This document shows positions 11,816 to 24,504 of a DNA stretch of 64,000 bases, in pieces. Each line of letters begins with the position of its first letter. Position 1 is the stretch's first letter. Source of the DNA: Calcarisporiella thermophila CBS 279.70 (taxonomy: Eukaryota; Fungi; Calcarisporiellomycota); contig NW_027192192.1 in NCBI RefSeq assembly GCF_041956535.1, positions 1-64,000 on the forward strand, in the 5' to 3' direction. Both the position numbers and the translations under genes were made by a program. The notes beneath the pieces were generated by a model. That model saw only the letters and a program-made list of their open reading frames with translations. It did not search any database and was not told the DNA's origin.

Positions 11816-13057
11816 ATTATGCTTATATTGTAAGATAAGATAGAGAGAGGCTCTCAGGAACCATTAGATAACCTATGGGCCATATATGCTTTTTGTTGTC
11901 TAGTTACCAGGGAATGAGTCTACCCTGTTTTAAAAGCAAAAAAAGCAAAAATACTCCTCAAAAACGTTTTCTATGAAATGCCCTGAATTTTGAATGCTAC
12001 TAACATAATACTCTCTTATGTACATGGTATGGAAAGTGGTATTGTAGAATTTTATAAAATATTTAATATTTTTTGTAATGATATTCCTACAGAGATACGG
12101 TCACGAAACGTTTGGAAAGCACTTTATAGAGTGCCCAAGAAGAAACTCTGTGTACTGGGAGGTTTTTAACAGGCTGCAGAACCATCTGAAAGAATGAATC
12201 CTCAATTCTATATTCAGTATATCTGATCAGATTGGAATCACCCATTTACGAAAAAAAAAATGAGAGGCAGCTTAAGCTCAATAAGCATTGAATTTGAGCA
12301 AAAGCACTCCACTCAGGGCATATTACGAACTCATCTTCTGTTTAATTCCCTCTTTCATGCTCTTTCGACATGTGAAGTTGCCTCGTTGGGAGGTGACCAC
12401 GATGCTTGTGGACACAATACGACCTCGGTCGGAAGTTGCTGACTCTTGCGGACGAATTGCTACGAGGGGCTCTCTAAGCTGACTTTCATCCAACCCTCCG
12501 TGGCGACCACTCTGCCACACTCTGTTGTCATGGAAGCAAATAAAAAAATATAGTTGCACCCGAATTTTGATTAGAACTAGCCAGGAAAAAAAGGCTCAGA
12601 ATCAAATGGGATGCAAAGATTGCGTGGGCTCTTCATGGCTCGTGATGAAATCGGATAAGACTACGAAAGCTCCAAGAGCCAAGAAAGAGCCTTCTTCCTT
12701 CCTGATCCGCTCGATTAGCTATTCAATTTCATTATTTGGGGAGGAACGGATGGCCACGGTGAGCTATCCCATAGGGAAGAAGCGCACCAATAGAAGACTG
12801 GTTGGGAGTGTCAACTTCTAAGTCGGGGAGAAAAGGAGCGCCCCGAGCTGGGCATTTCGACTAAAGCGCCCTTCTTTGCTGCTCTCGAAAATTCCAAATG
12901 TCGGCCTTTCCTATTCACCAATGACGTCTCCATTTTCATATGTCAGCCGAGAAAAAAAAAATTAAATATAAAAATACGCCGAACGCGTCTTCTATTTCTC
13001 ACTATAGCTTTCTTCTACAAGAGAAAAAAAAGTACCACCACACTAAACACATCCACC

Positions 13058-13903
13058 ATGACCAGCTGGAAAACCCAACTCCCTGATAAGCCAACCCCCA
13101 ACATCGTCGTGGTGACCAACATTTCGCCGTCTGCCTCGGAAAAGACGGTGAAGGATTTCTTCCTGTTCTGTGGGAAGATTAAGGAATTTGAGTTGCAAAA
13201 GTAAGTTGAGAATAGAATGTCGGAGCCATGGTGATCATGGATTGACCATTTTCTTTCATTTTACAGAGACGAATCCGGCAAACAGACTGCTCTCGTCTGG
13301 TTTGAGCGCGAAGCCGCCGCCAAAACCGCTTGCATGCTGAACAATGCCATGATCGTGGACACGAATTGCACCGTCAAGCCCTTCTTTGAGGGTGCGGCGC
13401 CTTCCTCCCCTGACGCCTCCTCCAGCTCCGGGGCCGAAGGCAACGATCAAGAGTCCAAGGCCAAGACCCACGTGATGGTCGACATTCTTGCCGCGGGCTA
13501 CCAGCTCCAGGAGCAGATCGTGGCACGCGCCGTCGAGGTCGACCAGAAATACAGTGTCAGCACCCGGGTAGGCGCCTACTTCAAGAAGCTGCAGGAGATC
13601 GCCAAGAATCTCGACGACAAATACAAGGTCAGCGAGACGGTGCAACAACGCGCCACCCAGCTCGACGAGAAATACAAAGTGCAAGACAAAGTGAAGCAGG
13701 GGCAGGAGCGCGTCCACCAGGTCCTGCAGACGCCCGCCGGCCAGACGGCCTCCTCCTTTGCCCAGTCCCTCTATACACAGTCCAGTGCTCTAGTGCAGGC
13801 GGTGTATCTAGAGGCCAAGAAGGTGGCGGAAGAGAAGAAGGCGCGACAGGCCCCCCCGCAGGAGGATTCCCAGGCCTCTTCCGCATCGGCCCCTCAGCAG
13901 TGA
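13058..13903 (+). CDS. vip1: Vip1-like RRM protein (intron 13201-13266)
   Basis: VVVTNISPSASEKTVKDFFLFCGKIKEFEL / ALVWFEREAAAKTA and ILAAGY..AVEVDQKY; GT-AG intron in frame. Confidence 0.8.
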
Positions 13904-15770
13904 ACCCTGCCCAGCCCTTCTTCCCCTTCTTCCCTTGTGTAAAAAGCAGTTTATTTCTTCCTTTATTTTATTCTCTTTACCTACATTAGTCCTCTTTTTC
14001 TCTATGCATCATATCTTTCATTGGTTCATTGTGACAATAAAGGCAAGATCCTAATTATCCTGAAGCATGCTTCGATATCCTCTTTTTTTCTCTGCTGTGG
14101 GCGACCGACTTTACCTGGTATGAATATCCATTACATAACTCTGTCCTTCCTCCATGCAATAGCCTACGTGAGAATCCAGTCATTCTCTTAGCGGATAAGT
14201 CCCCGTGAAATCCGGCTGGGAATCCTCATTTCCAAGCCACGCACTTCAGGATCTCTTTGAGGATGTGTATCTGTCTAAAGATAGAGTTGAAGCCTCCATC
14301 CGCTGGCTCGGGCTAGGCCAAGGTAGAGCCGTCACGTTTTCTTGTCCAACCCTTTCCATAGGTGGAAGGGGCGGGAACAGGCCTTAAAACGAGTAGTCCA
14401 TCTCTTAGGCTGGGCCGAACAGAGCTGTCTAACTCACTCTGCCCGCGGAATGAAATCGTTCTGGATGGCTTCATGAGGCTTATCCAACATGATATCGATC
14501 AAAAGGCAAGCTTGAGCATCCAGTATGAGCCCCATTTCTTTGAGCCACGAACAGCCATGGCGAAGAGTCAGAGGGGCGAAGAGTCAGAGGGGCGAAGTGG
14601 AACGCGATAATCTTTTCCCAATGGGAGATCTAGTTTGTGGGCTGACGCAAAAAGGAAATTTTCTTCCTAAGTTATCAGCCATACTTAGATGATATCCGGT
14701 GCAACGTGGTCGTCAGCCTGCTTCCGCAAGCTCGCAAGATGAGCGCGAAGTCTTGCGAGGAGAAACATGGTCACAAATGAAATGTTTGTAGGAGGGACCC
14801 CTTGGTTGAGTTTGGAATGGGGGCTAGGCTAAGCAGTCTCCCGCCAGAGAGCCTAGGCCAAGATGGTGTCAACGCAGATTGGGGATTGGGTGCGAATTCT
14901 CCCGAAAGTGTCATTGTGGTGCATTTTTGCAAAGAGCCCATCGGATGCAAGGAGCGGCTATGAATAGCACAGGTGGGTACCCTCGCGGTGCCATTGGGTG
15001 GCTGCGCTCGAATCCAGCATCGTACGAAGAGATGAATCTAATCTCGCCCCTAGCCCGTAAATAGGGTGATAATCGTTTCCTATCAGATCCCCTGGAAAAA
15101 CGAATCTGCTAAGATCATCCCTTGCAGTTATCTCGTGCTCTCTGCATTGGTGACGAGGGGGGGATTCACTCTGAGTGATGGGAACTGGGCGTGGACGGGA
15201 GCCGAGTTGCAGGGGAGGCCGGGGGGCGGCTACCGGCGTCACGACCAGAGGGGAAGAGAGGGGGTGCTCCATTACAGACAATGAATAAGAATGAATCTGT
15301 ATGATGGAAAGCAGGGGGAAAGGACCCTTCTCCGCAAGGGGAGAGCACCGATTTCAACAGCTGATGAGGGAATGGTATGATTTTGAGTTGCGGCCTTTGA
15401 CTTGTGAGAGAGGCCGGGAGGAGCCTTAATACTAATGGCACAACGGCCCTTTTCTCAGCAACGCGAGCAAATCGCGTTGAGACAATTTCTGCGTGATTCA
15501 GAGTGCATTCTCGCAACATTCGAGCCAAAAATTAGACTCGCTCTGTGGCGAGCGGTTGGGGCCCATGCACCTTGCCCCCACATTTTCCGACGCCTATATA
15601 AGCCTTTGGCCGGCTTCTTTTTCCTGTTCTCCTTGAACTCTCTTGTCATCTTCTCCTTTGATACAAAGTGAGAAGACCATAGCCTTCGCAACTCCCCCGC
15701 AATCTTCATCCCTGCATTGGGCCGAGCCATTCTTAACGCCTTCCCCCTCTATACGCTATTCCCCTCTACT

Positions 15771-16249
15771 ATGGATACAAACTGGTGCCTCTGCGGTCGA
15801 CAGATTCCCTATTCTACTGACACGGTACGCATTCCATTTATTACACAGTAGTAGCTTCCAATGGCCACTCATCCTGGTTGCTTTTTTTTTGCATTTCTAA
15901 TGAACAGCTCTACTGCAGTCAAGAATGCGCACAGTATGATGCCCTGAGCGCAACTCTACCCGATGCCTCGCTAGCCTTTAATCGGTCTCCGTCGCCATTG
16001 TCACCCACTCTCTCCTCCCATTCCACTCATACCTCCACCTACATCACGCCCATACTGAATTCGCCGCCAACTTCTCCCTCCCTCACCCTTCCTCTCTTGA
16101 CTCTTCGCTCCCCGCACCGTCTCTCTCCGCCTCCCCTCTCGCTTGGCCAGGCCCACCAGCCGTCGCCTCCCAAAGCGGGAGCCGCCAACTACAGTATGAC
16201 CACCATGAATAGGTCTAGCCTCCCCGGAAAGCGCCTTTTCTCCTTCTAA
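15771..16249 (+). CDS. ecl1: Ecl1-family lifespan regulator (intron 15825-15907)
   Basis: MDTNWCLCGRQI...LYCSQECAQYD Zn motif followed by a Ser/Pro-rich tail. Confidence 0.8.
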
Positions 16250-18037
16250 AATCGATTCCCATGCCGCCGCCTTCTCTCCCCGACACCCTTGTCCTTTGTT
16301 TCCTAGTTTGTACATTGCTCCTGTTCTTTGTTTTTATTGTTTTACACAGAACGGAATTAGCTTTATTTTATGGCTTATCGTTTTCCTATCTCTATTTATA
16401 TGTTTATTGTATATATTATTCATCGCTAAACCCGATCAAAACCGGTGACGGTAGTAGTTGTTGTCCGCTTCTCGTCTTGGGAAGCTCTTCTTTTCATCTT
16501 GACTCTTCTTCTCTCCTCTTCCTCAATGCTTTTTTTGATTTGTAAATAAAAAAACATCTCTTTTGAATCTTTTCCCGTTCTGAGGTGAGAGGTTCACACA
16601 CAAAAAAACACATTGCCAATCCTTGACGTTTTTGCATTTGCATTTGTTTTCGAGCGAAAAAACCTTATGTTTAAGGTTCAATCTAATCACACGTAAGAGC
16701 TCCGCAGTTCGGGCAGTCACGGAGCCATGCAGCCCAACCGCCCGCGCTGGGAGCCCTAACGTGCTTCCCGCTCCCGCGGAATGGGATCTTGTCCTCTCTC
16801 TCGCCCTCCCTCTAAGCTGAAATGGGCGTAGGCGCCGGCGGTCGATCAAATGATCAGCGATAGCCGCCTAGGTTCGGCCAACGAGAGGCCGCCCTATAGC
16901 TGAAACGCGCCTGCAACGTTCTACGGCCGCTTGGCCATATTAGGAGCTGGAGGAGCGTCTCTCGGAAAGATGTAGAGTTGAGATCTGTGGAAGGTGGCCA
17001 TCCTCCCTAACATGGAGAGCTCAGCCTTCCAAGAATTTGGCCCTATGGGGGGCTTAAGGGGTGCTTAAGGCAAACTCTGCTCTAGGAGGGTTCTTCACAA
17101 CGTGCGAACCGCTCCTACTTCGTTACCTTAAATACGATTAAGGCTCAAAGTAGGTTAAGTGGGCCATGTGCCTCTCGTTAAAAAAGAAAATTGCTTATTT
17201 TCTCTTGGAATGGCCTCATCCTACAAATTTCCTTCGTGACTACAGTATGTGGCCAAGCCTACAATTTATTTTATTTTAAGCAATTATTTTAATAATTCAA
17301 CATCAATACACTGTTAACACAATCTTAAGGTCAAAGAAGACTGCAAATAAAATAAACATACATGCATCTATGAATCTATGGTTCAGATCTGCTCTCCAAA
17401 ACGCATTACCAATAGAATAGAAAAAGGTCGTGAAACACCCAAATGGAATCTATTACTCAAAGAAAACTGTACACAGTGCCTTCTTCGGAGCTAGATTCCC
17501 CGAGCTGATTCTTAAACTAATACTGTATCCAGGAATTAAATCTTCCATTTACGAATAGAGATACCGCGAACACAGAATTGCATCATAATAGTAACCATGG
17601 AATTTCAATAGAACATTGACTATATGATACAGCGTTTATCTCTTCCATCATGTGGATTAAACTTTATACTCCATGGACTCTTAGAGCAGTACATTTCATC
17701 GGTATGTCAGATTAATACAGACTCAGATGATTAACTCAGGAATTAGGAAACCAATCGAGAGGGCCTGAAGGGACACTTAAGGTCATATTGATAGATTATT
17801 TTTTAATAATATGCCTTGAACCATATTTCAGCAATCTCTAGATGGTGCGAACCTAGGTTGTAGCAGGAAGAAATTTCCATCTTCCACATTAATCCACCTA
17901 TCATTGTGTATTTATACGAAGTATACCTATCACCAATAGGTTATTTATAATCGTTGGATTAAAAGAAAGATGGAAACTCAACGCTATAAAAGCACGCTTG
18001 CTCCTACAGAATAAACATACCGCATTTCAAAGACAAG

Positions 18038-19372
18038 ATGCGTTACGGCTCAATCATTAAGCACATCATCATCTTCATCGTTGCCTTATCATTTTTAAAC
18101 GACGGCGTGAAGGCGGCCAACCCTTATAAGAAATGGGTAATGGACAAGATCAAATCAAAGGCTAAAGACCAGATAAAACCTCGCCCAAAAGATAAAGAGG
18201 CAAATGAATTCTTCACGGCTGCTAGAGATATTGTTTCGGCCTTTAGAACACCGAAGCCTGGCATAGGTCAGCTTTATTCTAAGAAATTCGCAGACGTACT
18301 TATAGGGTTAGACGAGCTCTGTCGGCAGAAACGCACTGATTTCTTTTGTAAAGCTCTTGCAACGGCACAGATGATTCCCGATAGAGGTTATCAGTGGCAT
18401 ACAGGTGTATCGTCGCAAGATATTGAGGAACGTCGCGTCATATCAGTTGAAAGTGATGTTTATCAAGAACAGCTTAGGGATTGTATAGTCAATCTGGAAG
18501 GAAGGACAGATAGGATGTGCCATGAAGCAATCTTAAGTAGAATATTCCTCCCTCGACTCTGTGTGGCCGACCGCTCGTACGTAAATAGCAAAGCTGTAGA
18601 CGAATTTATCGATGACACGATTAACGAGTTAGCGGAATCGCCTTACTGCAATAATGGCCTTGGAATTTTCTCGCCTGATAAAAAGTCCTGTTTAAAGCTT
18701 CAAAAGTCAAAGGAGATCCTTATAGAAGTGTTCAACGCGATGGGTTTTTCTAGATTCGACTTATATTTAAACGCCACAGAGACTTCATCAAGTATGATCG
18801 GTTATTATAACGAGTGCACGGATAAAGATTTGGACTGTTATTACGGCTACAGAAAATCCCGAGAGCATTATCCATATATGAACTCAATAGGCGAATACAG
18901 ATGGAAGTACGCCGCCGACGCTGTAAATGGGTTGGAGAGATGCTGGGGATTCCTCGACAACGACGGTAGACCGGTGAACGAGGAAACACTAGGAAACCTG
19001 TCAGAAAATGTCAAGCCTGAAGTATGTGGAGACAAATTCACCCATTATAGGAAAAATCAGTGCAGTACGAATTGGCCCTGTATTCCTCCTAAGTCGATGT
19101 GCAGCCATTGTAAAAAGGGGAAGAACTGTAGCCCTTTTAATCATAATGCAAAAGCCTGTCCGCGTAAATTCACCAATTTCACACCCAATCAATGTAAAAC
19201 TGCTTTCCCTTGTTCTTTAGGTAGAAAGCCATATTGCACAGCTTGCACCGATGATTGGGAACATTGCGATCCGTCACCAAATAGATCTGACTACTCTGTA
19301 AACGATGATGTGGCAAATGATGATAATGTTGAAATATTTGACACCTCTAACAGTACATCGGTCGGCAATTAA
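18038..19372 (+). CDS. Orphan secreted Cys-rich protein, 444 aa
   Basis: Long intronless ORF with signal peptide, TATAAAA at ~17985 and two C-terminal Cys repeats. Confidence 0.8.
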   Translation: MRYGSIIKHIIIFIVALSFLNDGVKAANPYKKWVMDKIKSKAKDQIKPRPKDKEANEFFTAARDIVSAFRTPKPGIGQLYSKKFADVLIGLDELCRQKRTDFFCKALATAQMIPDRGYQWHTGVSSQDIEERRVISVESDVYQEQLRDCIVNLEGRTDRMCHEAILSRIFLPRLCVADRSYVNSKAVDEFIDDTINELAESPYCNNGLGIFSPDKKSCLKLQKSKEILIEVFNAMGFSRFDLYLNATETSSSMIGYYNECTDKDLDCYYGYRKSREHYPYMNSIGEYRWKYAADAVNGLERCWGFLDNDGRPVNEETLGNLSENVKPEVCGDKFTHYRKNQCSTNWPCIPPKSMCSHCKKGKNCSPFNHNAKACPRKFTNFTPNQCKTAFPCSLGRKPYCTACTDDWEHCDPSPNRSDYSVNDDVANDDNVEIFDTSNSTSVGN

Positions 19373-20183
19373 TATATCAATATCATAGTCTACTAATTAG
19401 AGATATTGAATTTCGATTATGTCGATTAGATTAGTAATAATTTTTTCGAGCCTATCTGACGCTATTGCCACCGTGACTATAAGCCATGTAGTTTTTTTGA
19501 GAAAAAGTCAAAGCTATTAAATGAAGATAAATAAATATTGAGACGATATAACCAACATAGACTTATACGTTTCTAATTTTCTTCATCTTTAATTATATGC
19601 ATAATTATCGCTTAGTCTACAAAAAGCTGCTAATTAAGCACCCTATATATACGCCTACAGCAACCCATCCAATCTCAACCATATCGGCAGCAATACCCAC
19701 CCACTCCTTCTTCCTCATAAATTTCCACCTCTTCACAACATCTAACTCATTACTGTACATGGGTATATAACACATTATTTGGTTTTAGTTAGGCACGGTC
19801 CCTTGTTACAGTCAGCTCCTTCTAGGAAAGTGTTTTACAAATAAATATCTTACCGGAAATCTTTAGCAATAGTTAAGTAATATGAAACTGCAAATCGCGA
19901 AACAATATTGACGCTGCTCTTTTTCTGGACTAACTATAAAGTGTTACAAAGATAACTCGAATAAAATTCTTTGCCAAGTCATTTCAAAGCATTTTGCAAC
20001 TCGGAGTAGGATAAAATAGCTCGATTATTATACTACGCTTACTATGTTTACTGTTTACTATGATTTCTATTATAAAACCGTTTCACCCATAATTATTTAT
20101 TTTTAAAAGTTTTTAACCTTTTACTTTGTTAACAAATGAGCGTAAATTATATAAATAAATCTAATTAACTAACTTAAGTCTAT

Positions 20184-21560
20184 CTAGTGATCTATGGGAG
20201 TATACTTTCCTCCAAACCAGCCATCTCCTGCTTGGGCTTTGATTAAATCATATTCCCCTCTCCATTTTTTGGTTATTATACGGCGTACTTCATTGGATAT
20301 GTTGGCATCTTTATGTGCTTGGAAATAGGACTGGGATTTGTCGATGAGATTATCCACGCCCAACCCGCCAATACCAAGAAGTTGCGCTGGAGTTTTGTCG
20401 TCAAGCAGTTGCATATTAAGAATCGTTTTTAGTGCACCACCGATATCACCCTTGAGAGCCGATGTAAATAGATCCAACCCACTCGCTAAAGCATTCACTA
20501 TGAACTTATCCCACGCGATTGTGTTAGGGGGTTTATAGTTGGGGCAACTCTTATCTTCCCAGCTATAAAACTTGTAGAAATTGGATAGTTGCGCATCTTG
20601 GCGGAATTCTCCAGGGGGGAAGAAATCCTCCAGAGACCTTGGTGGTTTAATTTGCGGAAAGTTATTTCTGTCGTAGTTACATCCTGGAAAATCAAAGCAG
20701 TATGTTTTTCCCTTGCACGTGTCCGTCCGCGGCAACTTGTTCAGCTTGACTACGTTTTCTCTATAACACTTGACGTCGCTATCCGGACAAGCCAATATGG
20801 CTGCCAGATTTACGGCCCACCCGTGCAGTCTCACAAATGCATTCGGATTGTTAAATTCAGACATATTCGATGGAAGCAACCCGTCGGCCATCAAGATACG
20901 CTTATATACTGCCTTTTGTTCTGCGGTCTTATAGTGCGTCAATATATCGAAGCCTGTCCCAGAATCCGGAAGCCAAAACTTTAACCACGGGGAATCGGAT
21001 TTAGGCAAGTTCAAGCTCAGCACCATCTTGCCGACAGGGTCTTCCGTATACGGGATATCCTGGTAATTAACAAGGCCCCATTTACCATCCCAGACTACGA
21101 TTCCTTTGCTACACGTGGCTTGAGGACAAAATGGAGAACCTTCCCTGCAGGATGCACTTGGCCTGTTGGAAGCAGTGATTTCGATCAAAATGTTCATCTC
21201 TTCTTTGGCTTTTGACTTGCTGTCCCAACCTCTTTCCGCACAAGAGTACCCCAATTCTTGCTCGTAATTAAAGGTCATTGGTACCGCTGGATAATAAAAC
21301 TGGGGAGCATCGACATTTTCGACGGTATTATTATTCCTAGGGATTGCTTGGGTAGCCGTGGTAGAGGGAGCTTTCTTACTACGGTCGATGGGAATGGAGG
21401 GTGTACTAGTCACTGTGCTCATAGAATTGCTGCCACGCGTATTGATGCTTGCCGTGGGGCTGCTAGTTGTGGCAGACCTTCCCCGTGTGTTGACGGTGGT
21501 GGGAGGAGCAGCAATAACAGAAGTGGTAAAGAGTGCAAGTAGTATTAGAGTTTTCATCAT
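20184..21560 (-). CDS. Orphan secreted protein, 458 aa, with Thr/Ser-rich N-terminus
   Basis: Long intronless ORF; signal peptide MMKTLILLALFTTSVIA; upstream TATA-like sequence at ~21600. Confidence 0.8.
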   Translation of the reverse strand: MMKTLILLALFTTSVIAAPPTTVNTRGRSATTSSPTASINTRGSNSMSTVTSTPSIPIDRSKKAPSTTATQAIPRNNNTVENVDAPQFYYPAVPMTFNYEQELGYSCAERGWDSKSKAKEEMNILIEITASNRPSASCREGSPFCPQATCSKGIVVWDGKWGLVNYQDIPYTEDPVGKMVLSLNLPKSDSPWLKFWLPDSGTGFDILTHYKTAEQKAVYKRILMADGLLPSNMSEFNNPNAFVRLHGWAVNLAAILACPDSDVKCYRENVVKLNKLPRTDTCKGKTYCFDFPGCNYDRNNFPQIKPPRSLEDFFPPGEFRQDAQLSNFYKFYSWEDKSCPNYKPPNTIAWDKFIVNALASGLDLFTSALKGDIGGALKTILNMQLLDDKTPAQLLGIGGLGVDNLIDKSQSYFQAHKDANISNEVRRIITKKWRGEYDLIKAQAGDGWFGGKYTPIDH

Positions 21561-23130
21561 TTTTGATGTGCAAACTCACGAATAACTGTAGAGGCCTTAT
21601 ATACTTTTTACTCATCAGATAAGAAAAGCTAGCAATGCCATTCAGTGGAATATGCAAGTACATCTTTGGTTATTGGTATAAGTAGCATAAACCAATGCAA
21701 ACAGGAGATCTTGCCACGTGTTGGCGGAGATGAGAAGAGTAGTAAGTACAGTGCTGGTAAAGAACTAGACTTCTAGCCATTTATGATGTCCAACTTCTGC
21801 AAACACCCTTTCTTTAAATTCTCTTTCTTCATCTAATAATAAAGATTAGCAATGTCAAACAGTGGAATATAAATGTATGTCATTTTGCTATTAGTTTGAG
21901 TAGCGTAAACCATTTCAAAAAGAAAATAGTATCCTTTAAGTGTATTTAAAAGGGATTTACGTAGTAGAGATGGAATGCCAAGAAACTCTTTAATATATGA
22001 CTATTGAGATTTGCCCCTGAATACCCTAAAATGGGTTTAAACTCCGAAGAGACCAATCATTTGGCTACTATTGTGTACTTTGGCCTGTGTCAAAGAAACT
22101 TCCCGGAATTCTTTAAATCCCACCATTAGAGCTTTATAAAAGATTTTGTGTTATTTTTTCCCCCCCAATGGTCTTTATATCCACATTGTAGGTGATATAC
22201 ACTACCCTTAACCTTACCATAACTAAAGTAGTTGTACAGCCTTGTCTTTTGAAAGACCGGTTATAAACCCAACATCGATAGCTAACATCGTTAGTTAACA
22301 TCGATAACTGTGTAGTTGGCTATCGTGATTGGTTTAGTCGAAGGAAAAGAACACAAATGGGTAAAAAGAGACCAATATGGTTGAAAAATGACAGCTATTA
22401 AATGTTTGTTATTCTGTATTACTCGTAGCCCGCAAAACAGGGTTGCTAATTTCAATATCATCAATTCCTAAAATTTATCTAAACTGCTTGTAAAAGTGAA
22501 TTACCCACCAGTCTTCGACAATTTTCTCTTCTTATTACTTTTATAAAATGAAGTTGACCTCAATCAGTATCTTGGCAGTTCGCTGCTAGCCTTTGACGAT
22601 TCTAGTAGCGACATTAAACCCTGCATCATTTCAACTCAGTCATCCATAAGCGGATATTTGAACAAAATGAGAATCTGTCTAGAATTTAAGTGAACCGTCC
22701 ATCTCAGGCGAGCCTTTTAATCCCGGAAATGCTATTTTAGTTAAAAGAGACGATGAAGCTTGTAAAGCCGCAAAGAAAGAACAAAAAATTCGTTGAATAA
22801 TATAGTAAGAGTATATAGGATGAATTTAGATCAAGCTGTCTTTGATACTTCCATCGACAACGAGGTGAAGAATTTTCGTGACAAATACAGGGCCTTGCGA
22901 GTTCCTCAACCTACCTCGTTTTAATATATTATTATTACAAAATAGCCACAGGCCAATGGAGAAACACAATTAAAAAAAAAGAAGCAGAAATAAAAGAAAA
23001 AAAAGACCTAAAGAGAAGTTATCTAAGATGAAGCACTCTCCCCCCTCACCCCAGAATGACAAAGATGGCCAAGTGATATCTCATGGGATTCAAATAAGAG
23101 TAAACGAGAACATCCTGAAGAGAAAGAAAA

Positions 23131-24034
23131 TTAGAGCTTCGCCTGTGCGCTCTTGAGCACATCGTTTAACTTTGTGGCCAACATGATCTGGCCCTTGATC
23201 TTCAGCTTGCCAGCCATGAAAGCCTTTTGGCCGTTCAATTTCCCGGTGGCCATGTCCACAAAGTCTGAGTCGCTCACCGAAATCACAATATCAGGCTTCT
23301 TGCCGGCGATGGTGCCCTTGACAAGCGAGCCATCGTTCTTGAGGTCCAGCGTCCAGGTCTGGGACTTCTGTCCGCTCTTGATGTCGAACTGGAAGATGCC
23401 CTTCGCCTTGCTCATCTGGGCTTTCTTTTCGGCCGCGGGTGCACTCTTAAGGCCATCGGCAATTTGCTGGAACACATCTGAGGACGCGAAGCCTTCCTCG
23501 CGGATGTTGTCGGTTTGGGCCGAAGCGGCCTGAGCAGCAACGCCCTTGTTGGCGAGGGGGTTGATATCTCGGGTTTGCTTGAGAACGGTATCTATTCAAT
23601 GAAAGATGAAAAAAATTATGTTAAATTAGTCCATCCGTCGGGGAGATGTCGTGGAAAAAAATAAAAGATGTGGGATCGTTACCAAGTTTGGTGGCCATCA
23701 TGATTTGACCCTTCACCTTCAACTTCCCGGACATGAAGGCCTTTTGGCCGTTGAGGCGGCCGCTTCCGATCTCAACAAAGGTCTTGTCGTCGGTTTGGAT
23801 CGTGATGTCCGGCTTCACTCCATCGAGTTTGCCACGCACCACGGTGCCAGCCTTTTTCATATCGGCGGTCCAGGTCTCGGTCTTGCCCTCGTTATTCTTC
23901 ACGTCGAACTGGAACACGCCGTTCACCTGCTTGAGCAGCTGCTTTTTTTTATCCTCGGGGAGTGAGTCAAAGGTGCTCTTGATGGTGGAGAACACGGTGG
24001 AAGAGGCAAAGCCGGGGACGGTGATGTCAGACAT
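23131..24034 (-). CDS. Tandem SCP2 sterol/fatty-acid-binding protein, peroxisomal (C-terminal AKL)
   Basis: Two copies of FQFD.K..TWT.D.K..PDI.I..D..FV...G.LNGQKAFM.GKLK.KGQIM.ATKL; one intron at ~23593-23682. Confidence 0.9.
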
Positions 24035-24504
24035 GGTTTCTTTGAGTATTGGAAAGAAATGTAGTGGGGAAGATAAAAGCCAAAGAGAAGAGAGTAAAAG
24101 TGTGGGGGAGAAGAAGGTGTGGTTAGGTAAGAAAATCAAACGAAAGAAGAAAAGAGAAAAATAGGAGTGTCGCCGTTCGGTTTATAAAGCAAGGGCGGGG
24201 GGTGGAAATTGACACAACCATGTGAACCTGAAAGCGGAAATTTTACACGTGAAGAAGGCCGCGGACTGGCGCAGCAATATCCATACTCTGCGAAATCCAC
24301 TGTGGGGGTGGTACGCGGGGGAAATGCAGTCGGCGCTCATTTGAAGATGGGGACCTCAACGTGAAAAAAAGAGGCCCCGTTCTCAATTTATACAAAACAA
24401 CAAAAAAGAAGAGCACGTCCTTCTTCTATTTTATTTCTAACATGTGGAGTGGTATGTTATATTTGAAAATGGCTGGCAAAAATAAAACTATCAAGAATGT
24501 GGAA

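Noticed and set aside
13256-13886. Minus-strand ORFs over vip1 (and similar ones over SCP2, DENND11 and RMD5)
   Set aside because: GC-rich antisense shadows of conserved genes.
14559-14597. 18-bp tandem duplication ggcgaagagtcagagggg
   Set aside because: Two copies in intergenic DNA with no spacers; not CRISPR and of no evident function.
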